From assembly GCF_009914755.1 (NCBI RefSeq), contig NC_060938.1: DNA of 64,000 bases; one strand, 5' to 3'. The translations under genes and the position numbers were made by a program. Of this stretch, positions 1-19,618 are shown piece after piece. Within the stretch, counting starts at the first letter, position 1; every line of letters starts with the position of its first letter. Below the pieces are notes generated by a model. It saw nothing but the letters and a program-made list of their open reading frames with translations, did no database searches and was not told where the DNA came from. This stretch comes from the human T2T-CHM13v2.0 reference genome, Homo sapiens.

Positions 1-345
1 ACCACAAGTGTGAAGGTAATGAGACAGGAGTGGAGTCAGTGAATTGGCGGAACAGAACAGCACAGAGGACCCTGGAGCTAGCCCGGGATGAGGCAGCGGA
101 GAACAGCAGGAGACGACATGGAGGGAGACAGGTTTTTCCTTTTCCAGTTTTCTTCAGTTCTTTTGATTGACTCAGGAGAAGAGTCTTAGTTTGATATTAG
201 CACATACTTAACACTTCTGGTGTTCACTACTCTATTTTTCAACAAAAAGACAGCAGACTTTGGGATCACAGCCTTCTGAGAGGATGGTATTTAACTAAAA
301 TATAATAACGTTGGTTTTTATTTTTTTTATTTTCACAATTACTAT

Positions 346-641
346 CTTTTCTTTTTTGATATAGGGTCTCACTCTGTTGCCCAGGCTGAGTGCAGTGACA
401 CCATCACAGCTCACTGCAGCCTCTAACTCCTGGACTCAGGAGGTGGGATCCTCCCCCCGCAGCCCCTCAAGTAGCTGGGACTGTAGGCATGCAGCACCAC
501 CTCCAGCTAATTTTTTACTTTTTGTAGAGATGGGGTCTTGCTATGTTGCCCAGGCTGGTCTCATACTTCCGGGCTCAAGCAATCCTCCCACCTTGGCTTC
601 CCAAAGTGCTGGTATTACAGACATGAGCCACCGCACCCAGC
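346..641 (-). mobile_element. Alu (old, AluJ-like)
   Basis: Poly-T followed by a diverged antisense Alu dimer. Confidence 0.9.
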
Positions 642-1138
642 ACACAAAATCCTCTCTGTTTATAGCAAGTTATGCTGGTTTCCTGTTTACAGGAGTGATA
701 AAGTCTTTTTTAAAACAAATGTATTTAAGTTTCAAATTAAATCATCTTAAAGAAAAATATGACATAAGAAATGTCAAAAAGTGGTACATGATCAGAAGTG
801 GCAAAAATCATAAAAGTAATTGGCAAGTGACTTAAGTTTGGGAAACACAGTTCTAATCCATCCCACCTATACCTGAACACCCTAAAGATGAATCCAAACC
901 TATTAGAGACTTATTCCTGCTTTCTAAGATGATCACAACCTAGTTAATCTAGCTATAAATTAATCTGGATCACTAGTCAGTGATACTCCCACCTTCAAGT
1001 AAAATGGCTGCTTTTTGAGAGCTTTAATTCAGATTCTGTTCAGAAGAAATAACAGGTATCATTGTTAGTACAAGGACTGGTCATAGAGCTATATCCTGCC
1101 TGTTAACCACATAGATTCTGGCAGTGATTTCCCATTGA

Positions 1139-1500
<362 letters not shown>

Positions 1501-1715
1501 TAATTTGCCTGCCAGTTTGTTTTTTATATGATACTAATTGAAATGGAGGTCCTTCTTAAATGAACTTCTTTCACAAACAAAAACATTAGTTTTGGCAGTG
1601 ATGGCTTACAAGAGTGTGTTCTATAATACCTACTTTGCAGATGCAATTTGAATTCTTCAATATGAGTTATTTGGATTTCTTTTTTCTGAAATTCTTTCTA
1701 ATGAGATTTTTGTGG

Positions 1716-1994
1716 ATTTTTTTTTTTGAGACAGTGTCTCACTATTGCCTATGCTGGAGTGCAGTGGCACGATCACGGCTCACTGCAGCCTCAAATTCCT
1801 GGGCTCAAGCGATCCTCCTGCCTCAGCCTCCCGCCTCAGCCTCCTCCCTCAGTCTTCTGAGTAGCTGGGCCTACAGGTAAATGCCACCACCCAGCTAATC
1901 TTTTATTTTTTGTAGAGACAAAGTCTCACTATGTTACCCAGGCTGGTCTCAAACTCCTGAACTCAAGCAATCCTCCCATCTTGGCCTCCCAAAG
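1716..1994 (-). mobile_element. 5'-truncated AluJ-like with internal CCTCAGCCTCC repeats
   Basis: TSD ttctaatgagattt on both sides. Confidence 0.88.
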
Positions 1995-2272
1995 TTCTAA
2001 TGAGATTTAAGCAAGGAGATGGATGGAAGTTGCTTTGTACTGTTGATGTTCTCAGAAAAAAGAAAATCGAATCTGAACACAGCTATTGCAAGTACAGGTG
2101 CAGACTGATTACTAGCAAGTTAGATGGCCCAACACCATATCCATCTAAATGTAAATATTTTGCTTCTTTTTCAGTGGCTTCTAGAAGAGTGAGTCTGGAA
2201 AATACTGCCCCTACTTTCAAATGGGAGAAAGCCTCCCTTGTACTAAGTTTGCAATCATTAGAAAACTGTTGA

Positions 2273-3284
<1,012 letters not shown>

Positions 3285-3576
3285 AGAAAACTGTTGATAT
3301 AATCTTAACAATCAGAAGAGAAGTTGGTTACTCATTTAAATTACTGGTAAGATTTTTGTAAGCCCTGTGACAAAACACATAAAGTGATGAAAAATTCTTC
3401 CCCCGCAGAAAGAATAGAAAAAGCCCTGGAGGATCCAGGTCTAGTCTTAACTCTGTCAACTACTCCAGTACCTATTAACCTTGAAGAGCCCACTTAGTTT
3501 CTCTAGGCTCAGTTTTTTCAACTCTAAAATGAGAAGAATACATTAGATTCCCTTTAGGATAAAAATGCAGTGTTTT

Positions 3577-3916
<340 letters not shown>

Positions 3917-4542
3917 TTACCAAAGTTAATAAATTGGCCCTACATAAATAGGATATCTGCATTAAAAATGTAAAATATTTTCTGAATGACCAAGCAATTA
4001 AATTATAGAAAACTGCAAGCACAAACAAATACACTTGTTAGAAAAAGCATAATTATAGGAAAGTGCTAAATTACATTTGGAGGTTGAAAAGCCATGAAAT
4101 GATTCAGGCAGACACAAATAAAATATATGAAATAAGAAGCACACAACAGTTGAGATGTAGTCATAGGCCTGCCCAACTTGTTGGACCAAACAAAAAAGGA
4201 AAAAAATTGCTATATAATAAATGACTTGTCTTTTCCATTCCTGAAATATGCACAACTGTCTGGATCATTGTGATATGAATATAATGTCAGGTTATCGCAA
4301 ATGGGATCAATGCATAGTTGTTAGAAGGGAATTGTGAAATCTCCAGCTCTGAGCTCTTCTTCTGGAAGGGTGGAGAAAGAACAACAGCCAGTTTATGAAA
4401 CCATTAGAAAGTATTTATAGGACCATGCTTATATCATTTCGTAATAACTTACATGTTATTGTCTGCTTGTATATTGTGTGATCTAAGAACAATTTCCAAA
4501 TTAAAATATTGTAATTGTTCCCATTAAGTTTATCTTGGCAGA

Positions 4543-4851
<309 letters not shown>

Positions 4852-5594
4852 GACAAATCTTTCTTTTTACTACTCCTTTAAGTGGGACCTGTAGTTGACC
4901 CAATACTCTGAACCGAATATATTCACCTGAGAGAGAAAAAAAAAAAAACTCTGCCACAAATAAAGCAAAACTGTAACAAGAAGCCTTGGTCACATTTGTT
5001 GAAGACTAGCATACTGCTGGCTAGTCTGTCCAGATATCTGAGAATGGATTAAATGGCTTTCTGCTGTTCTTTTTAGGATCAAGATGCTATGAAAAGCTTT
5101 AGTATTTGATACATTTCAAGGGAGAAAAGGCTGAGTTTACTTATTTTGAAATGCTATGTGTCTTTGTACTTAGGTGAATACATGTGAGTATATTTTAAAT
5201 TAAATTCCTTTCAACTATTTCAACTATTTTTACAGACATCATTTACTGAGAGGACAAATGGGTAATATAATAAAAATTGCCATGGGTGGAGGTGAAATGT
5301 TGTAACTTACAAGCAGTAATTTATCTTCCTGCTGGCATGTCAGGATATGGTGATGACTACACTTGTTGTTCAAATTATTTCCTAGTAACAACCTCAAAGG
5401 AAACCATGTTGAGTCTGAAACCATCTTGCATTTGAAAGCCTGTGTGGCCTTCTTACAGATCACATTTTCAAAGAGGTCAGAAGTCAATGTATATGTAGAA
5501 TTTCAGACACTGTACCATCTTCCACAGGGATTACACTCAGAGGCCTAAACATGTCACAGGAAAAGTTGTTAGACTGTTTAAAGAAAATCAACAA

Positions 5595-6297
<703 letters not shown>

Positions 6298-7239
6298 CTA
6301 GGCCACAAAAGTACATTTCACCACATATGTCAATTTTCTTGAACCCTCTCACTATCAGAGTTGCCCAGGTTTTAAAGTTCCAAAGTTAGTAAAGAGACTG
6401 TGAATCAGACACTAAAATATGTTCTTCTACTTTGTACTGTAGCAATGCCATATTTAAGAAAAATATGAAAATGAAACCAAAAAGCAAACAAGATTGTGGA
6501 ATTCCCTGACATTGTATTATATTTTACCAGCAGCCTCTGTATTACACACTGGAATAGCTTAAATGTGTCTTTTTCAATTAATTTCCCTTTTTTTCCAGAA
6601 GAATAAAGAAGTACATTTATTACAGTAAATAAAGTTGGCATTGCTCATATTAAACAAACAGGATGTCTGAACTGTATGCATTAAAAGATTTCAGAATGAC
6701 AAGGCAAGCAAATTACACATATTAGTGCTTATGCTTTCAGAAAGAATGGAATGCTCGGAAAGTACTAAATCACACGTAGGTACTAGAACAAGAAAAAAAT
6801 GACAAGGGTGTAATTGGTGGTGAGGGTGGGAACATTTTCTCGCTTAAAATACATTGGGCTCATTTGTGTCTGCAATGCATCAGTCCCCAGTGCAAGAAAA
6901 AAAAGCCACGAATATGGACAGACTCAAAGTCTTCTCCAAATGGAAGATCCAAATCAGAACCTTTGAGGAGGTTTGCCTCAGCACCTTCTGTAGAAGTGGT
7001 TGGCAGACACACAACTAGACACAAGGTAACATGGTAGAGCAGTGTTGAGAAGAGGATCCGCAGTGGTCTCCACTGCCCTGGCGGTGACCTTCTCCTCTGA
7101 CTGTTCTGTATGTAACGGGACTGGCTTGTGCAGGCTGTTCAGCAAACCATAGGTCTGGTTTGCTATCCCCTGATCTTGTAGGTCATGTGATTGGACAAGC
7201 TCATTTGCCCTTGGGTGGATGGTGTTCAGTGACCCATCT

Positions 7240-7250
7240 TGCTGAGTCAT
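7240..7250 (-). promoter_or_regulatory. Antioxidant response element (NRF2-sMAF/AP-1)
   Basis: TGCTGAGTCAT = ATGACTCAGCA, a full consensus ARE in non-repeat DNA ~32.8 kb upstream of the TSS. Confidence 0.75.
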
Positions 7251-7684
7251 GCTAAACCTGTTGAGCATGCAGCCTTAGTGCTTTAATGAAAGTGCCCTTC
7301 GTTGCATTTAGAAACAGTGACCCACCCTCTCCCTTCTTTGCTCTGTGTCTAAGTGTCATTGACACAGGACAGGGTTCCACACAGGATGTGATTCATATGA
7401 GCCAATCTTGAGTAGGTTTCTTGTGGTTTTTAGTTTTGTTTTAGTCAAAAGAAGGGAAACTTAACCATTTCCAATAGGTTTGATGAAGGTAAAAGCATTT
7501 CCCTCATTTTTCTGTCCATGCAAAAGAGCATACTGGGAGACCACAAAAGCCAAGGCGATTTGTGGGCCTATTCCCCCATTTCTCCCACCAGGTGTGGGAA
7601 AGAAGCAGAAATTTATGGCTTTGAATGGATTCTACAGATGCCAGAGTATAAGAAATTTCTAATCATTAAAAAGACCTCAAACGT

Positions 7685-8027
<343 letters not shown>

Positions 8028-8520
8028 TTAGTAATTTCATTTGTGCCATACAGCTTGCCCATGAGATAAGTCAGGGTTGGCCTCCTCTTTATGTGAGTTG
8101 ATATTTTTAAAAATTAGAATGTACCGTAATACGCGTCCTGTATAAGTGATGTTCATTGTACAAGTAATTTTCATTGTTCCCCACTAGTGTAGATAAGGAA
8201 TGTCCATAGGAAATTTTGTAACAGAGGCCATCCTCCAGCCCCCACAAATACATGCCTCACCCTACCCCAGTATATATGGAAGAATATGTTCAAGAGAAAG
8301 TGGCTGTTCACACCTTATTTTAATTTTTCTGAAACAGGAAGCAGGCAGAACAGCGGGGAAAAGGGAAGCTAACTCCTTCTTCCCCTTTCATTTTCTCTGG
8401 GGCTATGATGCAAAGCAATGCTACAGAATATTTTAACCCCAGCCAATCACCATAAGAGAACACATAATTAAAAGCATCAGAGGTAAGAGTTAAAGAAAAT
8501 GATTTTCTAAGCTGTTTGCT

Positions 8521-9054
8521 TGTTTTGAAATAGAGACAGAGTCTCAGTATGTTGCCCAGGCTGGTCTCTAACTCTTGACCTCAAGCAGTTCTTCCACCTT
8601 GGCCTCCCAAAGTACTGGGATTACAGGCCTGAGGCAACACATCTGGCCCTAAGCTATTTTTTAAAAGACAATGTTTAACACATGATATGAACATATGTGT
8701 GTGGTAAGTAAAGTAGAATGAGATTTCTTTATTTTTTCTTTTTCTTTTCTTTTTTTTTCTGAGACAGCGTCCCACTCTGTCAGCCTGTCACTCAGGCTGG
8801 AGTGCAGTGGTACGATCATGGCTCACTGCAACCTCAGACTTCTGGACTCAAGTGATCCTCGTGCCTCAGCCTCCCAAGTAGCTGGGAATATAGGCACCCA
8901 CCACTATATCCAGTTAATTTTTTTTATTTTTGCTTTTTAGAGAGGAGTCTTACTATGTTGCCCAGGCTGGTCTTGAACTCCTGGCTTCAAGCTGTCCTCC
9001 CGCCTCAAACTTTCAATGCGCTAGAATTACAAGCATGAACCACCTTGCTTGGCC
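8521..9054 (-). mobile_element. Alu monomer (8521-8648) plus AluJ-like dimer (8725-9054)
   Basis: Antisense Alu motifs. Confidence 0.85.
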
Positions 9055-9732
9055 GAGATTTCTTTAAATTATTTGCTCTTTGTTTCAGAGTTTTTAAAAG
9101 ATTACTCCTTATGTATTTTGATGACAAAACTCCCCCTCAGGTTTTGGGCAATTTGTCTCACAGAAAAATCCCCTTTTCTTTCTTTCAATGACGTATCATC
9201 ACTTGAATTCTATAAATGCTATTGGCCTTTTTGGCAATCATCACAAAACTATTTTTTATTATTTTGAGCATCCTTGAGGATTATTTGAATCTCTCTATAT
9301 CTATTCTTGTCACATTCTCTCTCTCTCCATCTGTTTGTCTTTATGGGTTCCTCTTTCTCTCTCCATGTCTGTCATTTCACCCTCTCTGACTTTCTCCCAC
9401 TACACGCTATCCCTTCCCCACCTCATTCCCGTTAACTGATGTCCTTTATGTACCAAGAACAATATCAATTCATAAAACATTTCCCTCCCTGGGCTCCCTC
9501 ATATCCCTACTCTACTCTTCCCACAGTCTGCCCCAAAATATCTTTTACAAGTGCTTGAAGAGTCACCTTAAAAATCAGGTCATCAGATGTATGCCAATAG
9601 TGAAAAATTTGAGCTGATCCAAATGTTTCTCAGTGGGAGATTGATTAAATAAATTGCGGTGGGTTTATTAAATGGAATACCATACAACTATTAACAGTGC
9701 AACCATTTATTGACATGGAAGGTTGTTCATGA

Positions 9733-10034
<302 letters not shown>

Positions 10035-11171
10035 TCATGACATATTTTTTGCATGAAAAAAGTGAATTACAGAGCAATATGTTTAATATGAAGATACTTT
10101 TAAGTATACATATTTGCATGGGAATGGTTTTAGAAGGATTTATTCCAAATTGTCAAAGGAGATCGCCTCTACATAGTGGAATTTGCAGTTATTTCATTTT
10201 GTTGTTTTCCTTTTTTCTTATCTGTATTTTTTAGTTTTGTGACAAATCCATATTTGTTTGTTCTTTGCAAAGTTAAAATGTTTCTAAAACACAACATTTG
10301 TCACTGCTATTCAAATAAAGTTATCAAGGACTCACTCTCTGTACCTTCCCAATGCCATTTCCATTTTTGATGTAGGGAACAGGAGGAAATGTTTCTCATG
10401 GGTTCTCAACCACCAGAAGACAAAAGACAAGCTGAAGCTATCATTAGCTTCATTTATTCCCTCCCACCCATAGAGTCAGCACCATCCAACATATACAGAT
10501 CCCCTAGACACCAGCATGGCCCCTCACCTTGCTGACAGAAGCAAAATACAAGATCTGTAACTCTCAGGAACAGACCTGATGATTCTCCTCTGGGCCAAGG
10601 CCAACATATACACTTCTTAATGCCCTGTGTGTACCACCCGACATATTTAGCCATCGCTCACATTTAATAATATAGACCCTCACCAGAGGTTACCTCTGCA
10701 GATCATTTCTAGGGAAATTCATTGTGTATCCAAGACAGGAGAGTCAGAGGAATATTTAACCAATTTAAATAAACCTGCTATCTTCAGTTTATTTAGCAGT
10801 GCCCTTTATATACACAGTTATATTCACAACTGCAATAATTTCTAATTACTCTTATCTACTCAATAAGTGAATTAATAGCGAGGGCGACTTATTGCTGTCC
10901 ATTTATTTGTATGACAACAATCCTGAAGGTAGTAAAACTGCATATGTTAGCAAACATGCAGTGATTCGGATTTGTTTTAACTCAGATTGGGCACTCCCCT
11001 GGTTGATTGAGCTCAGTTTTATTGTAAAAATGCATCCACCAATTAATATCACCTAAAAATAATGCTTAGGGTTTATACATTGATTTCTTCAGTGAATAAA
11101 CACTATCAAGCACCTACTCTGTGCCAGGTGCTGAGTGGACTCTAGGCAAATGGACAGAAATAAAACGCTGT

Positions 11172-11549
<378 letters not shown>

Positions 11550-12229
11550 AGAAATAAAACACTGTTTCTGCACTTAAGGACTTCTCAGACTGGTACTGGG
11601 CACAGTTGGGTAAGGAGGCAGTTGTCCTCCAGGGAAGTAAGTGCCATGGTAGAAACTCCAGCTATCTATGTGTTGATAACGCTCAGCCTATAACTTTGTC
11701 TCACATACTCAGGAGCTTTCTGGGTACCTCCACTTGGATGTTCCTCAGAAAATCAGAAATCACCCTGAACATTTAAAAGAGAAAGTGTAATGCTGCACAG
11801 GGAAGACAGAGCACTGAGAAGCCAAACAGAAAACTCTGAGGGTTCCCTGAATCTGGCATCAGCAGGAAGCCACTATCACCCCTAGACTGGATGGACAAAG
11901 GAAAGCCTCTGTGTCACTAGAGCACAAGGCTAGGTGTTGCTGGAGAAGGCTGGAGCAAGCCTGTCGGGAGGGAGCTGGGGCTGCAGAGAAGATGCATCCA
12001 CGACTGTAGACCCTGTCTGAGGTGGAAAGAGAAGAGGAGTAATATCTCACTTTTCCCCTGCTCTTGTCCTCTAATCCCTGACCAGTGCCTCCCATTGCCC
12101 AAACCACATCAGAAGCCCACTGACATGGGAGCCTAGGAGTTCTAGCCAGCAAATCAGCTCCCAGTCATGCATGACAGAGGAAGGAAAGAGCAAGAAAAAT
12201 GCATCTGTGGGCAAACAGGTCCCAGACTA

Positions 12230-14460
12230 CTATGTGCCTCAAACTCACCCAAAATGTTCAAAACTGGACTTTTCTTAATTTTTTTTTCTGAGACAGGTTC
12301 TCACTCTGTCACTCAGGCTGGAATGCAGTGGTGTGATCATGGTTTACTACAGCCTTGACCTCTTGGGCTCAGGTGATCCTCCTACCTCAGCCTCCCGAGT
12401 AGCTGGGATTACAGGCGTGCGCCACCACACCCGGCCTAAAACTGTACTTTTCATCTCCCTCACAGCCCACCCCTAGCTCCAGAAACCTCTGCCTTTGTTT
12501 CCTATCCCAATGAGTGCTGCTAACAATTGTCCAAGACAGAAACGTATATAGCATCCTCAGTGCCTTTCTCATCATCATTCTGATGATCAATCCTTTGAGC
12601 TCTGTCCCCTTAATCTCTCAGACCAGTCCACTGATCTCCATCCCAACCACATGACCTGCTTTCAGGTCACCGTCACCTCTGACATCGTTTACCACACCAG
12701 CCTCCTAACTGATCTCCTGCTGTTAGACTTGCCTCTCACTCTCTTTCAATTCATCTTACCCAGAGTAATCTTTACAAAGTACACATCTGATTATGTCAAC
12801 CTCTTGCTTAAAGTCTTTCTTTCTTAGAGTACCAGTAGAGTGTCCTCAAAATAAAATACAAACTCCTTTTCATATGAGATCCTTCTAATCTCGCCCCTTC
12901 TTCAGCCTCATTTTCTTGTTCATTGACTCATTCTTTCATTCAATAAGTGTTTGCTGAATGCCCACACTGTGTCAGGTATTGGACCAAACACTGGGACACA
13001 CCTTACCCTGCATGAGTCAGGCTGTCACTAACCAGCAGTCTGAGCCACACTCCCTCTCTGTTTGTCTTTTCCAGCCACTTCCTCCTTTACCCATTCCCAT
13101 CCCCTAACTTCCTCCCATTCTTCCTTCATATCTTAGATGACTTCCTCCAAGCAGCCATCCCTTGCTCTTCAAGCCTGGACTTACTTATGCCCCTTCTAAG
13201 TGTTCCCAGAGTGCCTTGTGGATACTTTTTCCATGAGCTAGCCACACTTTATTACAGTTATTTCTTTTGCTGGTCTAACTCCCCAACTAGTGTGTAAATT
13301 ATTTGGGAGCAGCAGCCCTATTTTATTTACTGTTATATTCCCATCACCTAATCAAGCACATTGTAACCCTTCAAATATGTATTAAATGAATCAATTAATT
13401 AACTAATAAGCACAAAGTGCTGTGGGAAGGTGCTCTATGAGGGACATCTCACCCACACTTAGGGGTGATAGAATGGTAGGAACAAAAGTTTCTTCCCAGA
13501 GTCTTCCCAGAGAAGGTGGTGTCTAAACTGTATTTTGAAGGGCAGCTTGGAAAAGTTGTTGGAAGTTAGAAGGACAAAAATTAGGTGAAAAGGTAAGGGA
13601 AAACACACCAGTGAGAAGAGTTAGCATGGTATCAACACAGAAGATTTTTCCAAGAATTTTAAGTAGCTTTCTATAGCTGGTTCCTAAAGTCCAAAAGAAA
13701 GGCTGGTGAAAGATGAAGCTCATTAGGGATCATGAAGGGCTGTGCTAAAGGTTAGGAGCTTAACCTGAAATTCCTGAAAGATGAAACAAGGAATTGAAAT
13801 GATCACATTTGCACCTACAAACAACACTCTGGCAGCTGCTGGTGAGTGAATTAGAGATGAGCAGGCCTGGCTGCAGGAAGAGCAGTTGAGAAAAGAAATG
13901 ATCAGGGCTTGAACTTGGACAGAGGGAAGAGGTGTTAAAGAAATGGAATTGACAGGACTTAGTGACAGACTGATAAGGGAAAGGGAAAAATAAAGGGTGA
14001 CTCTAGAATGATGACTTCAATTTCACCATGTTGAGTTTGAGAGGCCTCTAGCGCTGGGCCAGAGTCCAGGTAGAAATATCCATTTGAACTAGATAGGTAT
14101 GAACCCAGTAATGTTCTAAACTAGATACCTGGGGTAGGAGTGACAATGAGAGTGATAAGGTAAAGTGACAAAGGGGCAAGTATATGGATGTACACTACAC
14201 AAGTCTTCCAACTGTTCTCTAACTTGAATTTTTTATAATAAAATGTTGAGAGGGAAAAGTTGAGAAGAGGCTGATGAAATACTGAGTAGCAAAAGCCTAG
14301 GCAGAAAATGAAGAAGAAGCGATTCAAGAGGCATATAGAAAACTAGCCAAGGATGGTATCCTAGAAATCAAGGGAGGTGTTTCAAGGAGGAAGAAATTGT
14401 CAAATTTTGCAGATCAGAAAAGTGAAATAAGAACTCTAAAGCATGTTGTGAATTAAGCAA
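12230..14460. mobile_element. Degenerate L2 fragments in both orientations, with an Alu monomer at 12278-12435 (-)
   Basis: L2-like motifs (cagcctcctaactg, tctgattatgtca, cattcaataagtgtttgctgaatgcc). Confidence 0.6.
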
Positions 14461-14472
14461 TTTAAAACCTAG

Positions 14473-15116
<644 letters not shown>

Positions 15117-16253
15117 GATACCTAGAGGGGACAGTCCAATCGAAAGCCTCTCTTTAAGATGGGAGCCATCTGAGCCTGTTTGTACGCTAAAGGGGAAAGA
15201 ATCAGGGTGGAGTTTTGATAATACAGGTGAGAGAGGAGATCAATGATAGTTCTGGGTCCTTGAAGAAAGGGAGACAAGAGCAGAGAGCAGAGATAAGCTG
15301 CTGGCAGCAGGAGAGACATCTCTTCCTAGAGCGAAAGAGATAAGGATGGGAGCAGATGCAGGTACATTTGTCAAGAGGAATGCAGGAAGTCAAGTGAGTT
15401 CTTGTCCAACTGCCTCCAGTTTCTATATGAAATGTTGGAAAGGACAGTTGCTGATAGGAATGGGAAGGGGACAACCCAAACAGCAAGAAAAGAGGACGGA
15501 ACCACCCAGGTAATAAAATTTCCATATATACCGTGCAAGTTTACCGATTTTCATGGGATTGGAGAACTGTAGGGTAAAATGTAATTAATACTACACTAGA
15601 CTATATGCAGCATAATTTAATCTTTCTTTAATGTTTTCATTGCCTGTGGATTGTTTTTACAAATATCAATTATAATTACAGTACAATCTGCTTAAAGAAG
15701 TGTGAGAGGAAGTGCTAGTTGATAGAAACTTCCGGCTGACAGAGTTCACAACGTTTTGCCAGAAACAGACATCCTTTTATACAATAGGAAAAAAACTGTT
15801 TTCTTCTACCGTACTCTCAAAACTCTATTTCTGACACCACATGTAAGGGAAAATGAAAACAGTTTTTCGTCTCTATACTCACACTTTTACAGAACACTTC
15901 TGTGACCAAAATGTGTGGGGTTTTCCCCACACCAGCCAATTCTCTGACACCAGCTGGTGTCAGAGAATTTAACTCAATTTAACTCAATTCTGACACTACT
16001 TACCTGGAAATAGTGTCAGATCCCATAGGTTAAGGGCTCAGTCTCATAAGACTGCCCCCCACTTCAGATGCCAATCACAAGTAGAGGTCTCCAGATTGCC
16101 CACAGCTTCTGTCCAACTTGGCTAAAAATTGGAGGTTCCTTTGACTTCCTCCTCAGGTTCAATAATTGGCAGTAGTGGCTAACAGAACCCAGGAAAACAG
16201 TTTACTTACTACTGCCTATTATTTCAAAGGATGTTTTGAAATATACAAATGGA

Positions 16254-17156
<903 letters not shown>

Positions 17157-17257
17157 TCAAGCACAGGAGCATCTGTCCCTGTGGACTTTGGGTGTGCCAC
17201 CCTATCATCATGTGGATGTGTTCACCAACCCTGAAGCTCTCCAAACTCCATAGTTCA

Positions 17258-17541
17258 GTTTTTCTTTTTTTTTTTTTTTTTTTTGAGATAGGGTCTTACT
17301 CTGTCACCCAGGCTGGAGTGCAGTGGTGTGATCTTGGCTCACTGTAGCCTCAACCTCCTGGACCAAGTGATCCTTCCACCTCAGCCTCCCAGGTAGCAAG
17401 GACTACAGGCGTGCACCACCAGGCCTAGCTAATTTTCGTATTTTTAGCTAGACCTGGTCTCAAACTCCCGGGCTTAAGGGATCTGCCCACCTTAGCCTCC
17501 CACAGTGCTGGGATTGCAGGCACAAGCCACTGCACCTGGCC
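17258..17541 (-). mobile_element. AluJ-like with internal deletion
   Basis: Poly-T plus antisense dimer. Confidence 0.88.
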
Positions 17542-18595
17542 CGTAGTTTTTACGGAGGCTTCATCACATAAGCGTGATTAATTATTAACTCAATCTCCAG
17601 CCCCTGTTTCCTTCCAAAAAGATGGAAGGTGGGGCTGAAAGTTCCAAGTTTCAAATCATGGCTTGGTCTTTCTGGTGGCCAGTCCCCACCCAGGAGCCTG
17701 CCGAGTGCCACCTTGTTAGAGCAAAAGATGCTCCTATGACCCAGGAATTCCAAGAGATTAGAAGTTCTGTGTCAGGAACCGGGGTCAATGACCAAATATT
17801 AGAACAAAAGATGCATGTAGCACCCCAATGGCTCATGAAATTACAAGGGTTTCAGGACCTCTGTGCCAGGAACAAAAGCAGAGACCGAATATATATATAT
17901 TTTTATTATGTCACACCTTCCTATGCCTAAAAATTCTCATCTGCAAACCAAAGCACTTATCAATTCTTGTGATTACTGTGTGATGGGGCCTTTAGGGCAC
18001 CTTTGCGTTGTGCTGGAGGCTCTTGTCTCAGAGCAGTGTTTTTGAGGATGTTTTCTTAAGAAGTATTCAAAGAATTTCCTGAATTAACACAGCTTCCACT
18101 TAGGACGCCATACAGTTTCCCTGGGCTAAGAATCCATCGATGTGACTTTCAGTAATCTCCCTCCAAAATACCACAGAATATAATTTAAGTCAGATTGGGT
18201 TTAGGTCAGTCTCTTCTATAAATTATATTGTACGAATAATTGTGAGGTAGAAAGTTGAAAAGCTCATTCTATGAGAAGGAATAATGAACCTATAAGCCTT
18301 AAATCTAAAAATTAGCAAAAGTGTTTAATGACAACATTGTTTTAAGACTACTATAAGTCTAGGGAGATCCTCTCTCTCTTTTTTTTTAACAGGACTTACA
18401 CAACGAATACTTTCAGCCATAAGCGACCAAAGCTTTTATTTTTAAAACAAAATAAATGAAATAAACAGAAGAAAGAACAGATAATTTCTGCCCTTTCACC
18501 TCCACCTCCTCACCCTATTTTCCCCTAAAATTCCATCAACTTTCTACTTAGTGATAAATACTTACAGTTTTCTGCAAATCTCTGCTACTGTACTA

Positions 18596-18999
<404 letters not shown>

Positions 19000-19050
19000 A
19001 TTTATTTTACCTGAAGTTAACAATAATAATGTCATATGCAAAGTTTGCCA

Positions 19051-19528
19051 TTTTTAAATTTTTATTTTACTTTAAGTTCTGGGATATATGTGCAGAACTT
19101 GTAGGTTTGTTACATAGGTATACACGTGCCATGGTGGTTTGCTGCACTTATCAACCCGTCATCTAGGTTTTAAGCCCCACATATATTAGGTATTTGTCCT
19201 AATGCTCTCCCGTTCCTTTCCCCCCGTCTTCCGACGGGCCCCAGTCTGTGATGTTCCCCTCCCTGTGTTCATGTGTTCTCATTGTTCAATTCCCACTTAC
19301 GAGTAAGAACATGCGTGTTTGGTTTTCTGTTCTTGTGTTAGTTTGCTGAGGATAATGGTTTCCAGCTTCATCCATGTCCCTGCAAAGGACATGAACTCAT
19401 TCTTTTTTATGGCTGCACAGTATTCCATGGAGTATATAGGTCACATTTTCTTTATCCAGTCTATCATTGATGGGCATTTCTGTTGGTTCCAAGTCTTTGC
19501 TATTGTAAATACTGCTGTAATAAACATA
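19051..19528 (-). mobile_element. L1PA 3' fragment
   Basis: L1 3'UTR antisense; TSD aaagtttgcca. Confidence 0.92.
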
Positions 19529-19618
19529 AAAGTTTGCCACTTTAACCACCTGGTTGCAGCTGGTGGTAACCAGGTTACTACGGTTGGTTTGTTGGGGAAT
19601 TTTTTAATTATTTTCTAG

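Noticed and set aside
7065-7086. CTCF-like motif near the ARE
   Set aside because: Mismatches in the core; not supportable without a PWM scan or ChIP data.
11770-12230. Possible ancient LTR interrupting L2
   Set aside because: Looks LTR-like but I could not define termini or family.
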